From positions 496,001 through 560,000 of the forward strand of contig JBODTK010000011.1 in the NCBI GenBank assembly GCA_050613775.1: a stretch of DNA of 64,000 bases. Direction: 5' to 3'. The DNA comes from Neocallimastix sp. 'constans' (taxonomy: Eukaryota). The translations under genes were made by a program, and so were the position numbers. Shown here in pieces: positions 61,255-64,000 of the stretch (position 1 is the stretch's first letter; each line of letters begins with the position of its first letter). The notes under the pieces were generated by a model that ran no database searches, had not been told where the DNA came from, and saw only the letters and a program-made list of their open reading frames with translations.

Positions 61255-64000
61255 TTATTTTTCTTCATTGATATAAGCTCCATTTTCAATTAAAATTCTT
61301 GCAATGGTTTCATTTCCTAATATACATGCCCATGATAAAGGGGTGTCACCATTTTTATTATCTTTATTTACATCAACATCATGTTCAATTAAAAGTTGAA
61401 CAATATTTTCATTTCCTATTTTACATGCTTGTATTAAAGGTGTATTGCCATACTTATTTCCTTTATTTACGTCAGCACCTTTTTCAATTAAAAGTTGAAC
61501 AATATTCACATAGCCATGACTACATATCCATATTAAGGGGGTATCGCCCTCATTATCTATTTTATTTACATCAGCTCCATTACCAATTAAAAGTTTAATA
61601 ATATTTTCATTTCCTTTTTTACATGTACATAATAAAGGCGTATCCCCATCTTTATTTTCTTTATTTATGGTATTAGTACCATGTTCAATTAAAAGTTGAA
61701 CAATATTTTCATTTCCTATTTTACATGCCTGTATTAAAGGTGTATTACCATACTTATTTTCTTTATTTACATCTGCACCTTTTTCAATTAAAAGTTGAAC
61801 AATATTCACATAGCCATGACTACATATCCTTATTAAAGGGGAATCGCCCTCATTATTTATTTTATTTACATCAGCTCCATTATCAATTAAAAGTTTAACA
61901 ATATTTTCACTTCCTTCTGTACATGCACATAATAAAGGTGTATCACCATACTTATTTTCTTTATTTACATCAGCACCATGATCAATTAAAAGTTGAACAA
62001 TATTTTCACTTCCTTCTTTACATGCACATAATAAAGGGGTTTCACCATTTTTATTATCTTTATTTACCTCAGCACCATGTTCAATTAAAAGTTGAACAAT
62101 ACTTTCATTAAATTTTTTTTTACATGCCCATAATAAAGGAGTGTCACCATCTTTATTATTTTTGTTTACATCAGCACCATGTTCAATTAAAAGTTGAACA
62201 ATACTTTCATTAAATCTTTTTTTACATGCCCATAATAAAGGAGTGCCACCATTTTTTTTATCTTTATTTACATCAGCTCCATTATCAATTAAAAGTTTAA
62301 CAATATTTTCATTTCCTATTTTACATGCTTGTATTAAAGGTGTATTGCCATACTTATTTCCTTTATTTACGTCAGCACCTTTTTCAATTAAAAGTTGAAC
62401 AATATTCACATAGCCATAACTACATATCCATATTAAGGGGGTATCGTCCTCATTATTTATTTTATTTACATCAGCTCCATTATCAATTAAAAGTTTAATA
62501 ATATTTTCATTTCCTTTTTTACATGTACATAATAAAGGCGTATCCCCATCTTTATTTTCTTTATTTATAGTATTAGCACCATGTTCAATTAAAAGTTGAA
62601 CAATATTTTCATTTCCTATTTTACATGCTTGTATTAAAGGTGTATTACCATACTTATTTTCTTTATTTACATCTGCACCTTTTTCAATTAAAAGTTGAAC
62701 AATACTTTCATTAAATTTTTTACATGCCTGTATTAAAGGTGTATCACCATACTTATTTTCTTTATTTATATCTGCACCTTTTTCAATTAAAAGTTGAACA
62801 ATACTTTTATTAAATCTTTTACATGCCTGTATTAAAGGTGTATTACCATACTTATTTTCTTTATTTATATCTGCATTATTTTCAATTAAATGTTTAACAT
62901 TATTTTCAGATCCTCTTATAGAGGCCCATAATAAAGGAGTGTCACCATCTTTATTATCTTTATTGACATCAGCACCATTTTCAATTAATAGTTTAACAAT
63001 ATTTTCATTTCCTTTTTTGCATGCCAATATTAAAGGGGTATCATAATGTTGACCACTTTTGTTTATATCAACACCATTTTCAATTAATAGTTTAATAATA
63101 CTTTCATTTACACTTTTACATGAAAATATTAAAGGTGTATCATGATCATTATTTTCTTTATTTAAATCAGCACCATTTTCAATTAAAAGTTTAACAATAT
63201 TCGTATATTCATTTTTACATGCATATTTTAAAGGTGTATCATGATGTTTATCACTTTCATTTACATAAGCACCATTTTCAATTAAAAGTTTAACAATATT
63301 TTCATTTCCATTTTTGCATGCCAATAATAAAGGTGCATAACCATCTTCATTTTTTTTATTTACATCAGCATTATTTTCAATTAAAAATTTAATAATAGTT
63401 TCATTTCCTTTTTTGCATGCCAATAATAAAGGTGTATCACCATCTTTATTTTCGATATTAATATTAACACCATTTTCAATTAAAAGTTTAACAATATTTT
63501 CATATCCTTTTTTACATGCCCATAACAAAGGTGTATTACCATCTTCATTTTTTTTATTAACATCAGCATGATTTTCAATTAAAAGTTTGACAATATTTTC
63601 ATTTCCTGTTTCACATGCATATAATAAAGGTGTGTCACCCTTTTTATTTTCTTTGTTAACATTAGCTCCATTTTCAATTAAAAATTTTGGAATGGTTTCA
63701 TTTTCTTTTATACATGCTAATAATAAAGGTATATTACCATTTATATTTTCTTTATTGATATTGGCTCCATTTTTAATTAAAAGTTTAACAATAGTCTCTT
63801 TTCCTTTTTTACATGCTAAGGATAACGGTGTATTACCATATTTATTTTCTTTATTGATATCCGTTCCATTTTCAATTAAAAAGTTTGCTATGGTTTCATT
63901 TCCTTTTGTACAAGCATACTCAAAAATATTACAACAATATTCACCAATATTTACTGTCATGTTCAAAATTTCTTTTCTTTTTTTAATTTCTTCCGAAATT
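61255..64000 (-). CDS. Ankyrin-repeat protein with highly homogeneous repeats, probably 5'-partial at the window edge
   Basis: More than 900 codons of GADVNKENKxGxTPLxxACxxGNENIVxLLIExG units. The frame stays open to position 64000 (ISEEIKKRKEILNM...), so the true start may lie outside the window. Confidence 0.92.
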   Translation of the reverse strand, partial: ISEEIKKRKEILNMTVNIGEYCCNIFEYACTKGNETIANFLIENGTDINKENKYGNTPLSLACKKGKETIVKLLIKNGANINKENINGNIPLLLACIKENETIPKFLIENGANVNKENKKGDTPLLYACETGNENIVKLLIENHADVNKKNEDGNTPLLWACKKGYENIVKLLIENGVNINIENKDGDTPLLLACKKGNETIIKFLIENNADVNKKNEDGYAPLLLACKNGNENIVKLLIENGAYVNESDKHHDTPLKYACKNEYTNIVKLLIENGADLNKENNDHDTPLIFSCKSVNESIIKLLIENGVDINKSGQHYDTPLILACKKGNENIVKLLIENGADVNKDNKDGDTPLLWASIRGSENNVKHLIENNADINKENKYGNTPLIQACKRFNKSIVQLLIEKGADINKENKYGDTPLIQACKKFNESIVQLLIEKGADVNKENKYGNTPLIQACKIGNENIVQLLIEHGANTINKENKDGDTPLLCTCKKGNENIIKLLIDNGADVNKINNEDDTPLIWICSYGYVNIVQLLIEKGADVNKGNKYGNTPLIQACKIGNENIVKLLIDNGADVNKDKKNGGTPLLWACKKRFNESIVQLLIEHGADVNKNNKDGDTPLLWACKKKFNESIVQLLIEHGAEVNKDNKNGETPLLCACKEGSENIVQLLIDHGADVNKENKYGDTPLLCACTEGSENIVKLLIDNGADVNKINNEGDSPLIRICSHGYVNIVQLLIEKGADVNKENKYGNTPLIQACKIGNENIVQLLIEHGTNTINKENKDGDTPLLCTCKKGNENIIKLLIGNGADVNKIDNEGDTPLIWICSHGYVNIVQLLIEKGADVNKGNKYGNTPLIQACKIGNENIVQLLIEHDVDVNKDNKNGDTPLSWACILGNETIARILIENGAYINEEK

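Overview
Extremely AT-rich eukaryotic genomic DNA with spliceosomal introns and long homopolymer and microsatellite tracts. Composition, intron style and large intronless ankyrin genes suggest an anaerobic gut fungus (Neocallimastigomycota); this is inference only. Seven protein-coding genes are supported: an N-terminally anchored disordered protein ending in tandem FFAT-like motifs (4973-6688); a 10-exon CCZ1 (minus strand, reconstructed by hand); a 3-exon PSP1-domain protein with a prion-like N/Q/M-rich region; two tandem paralogous intronless ankyrin genes of about 1.2 kaa; a 2-exon LITAF-domain gene; and a third ankyrin gene with highly homogenised repeats that runs off the window edge. 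Between them lie decayed transposons (LINE-like, Ty1/copia, a Ty3/gypsy fragment, two MULE fragments), a 3.15-kb compound satellite, a 274-bp tandem duplication and a dispersed AATAAAT-array family. The best candidates for new biology are a putative VAP-binding ER-organelle tether and a self-shuffling ankyrin repeat array. All family calls come from motif recognition by eye; no database search was run.
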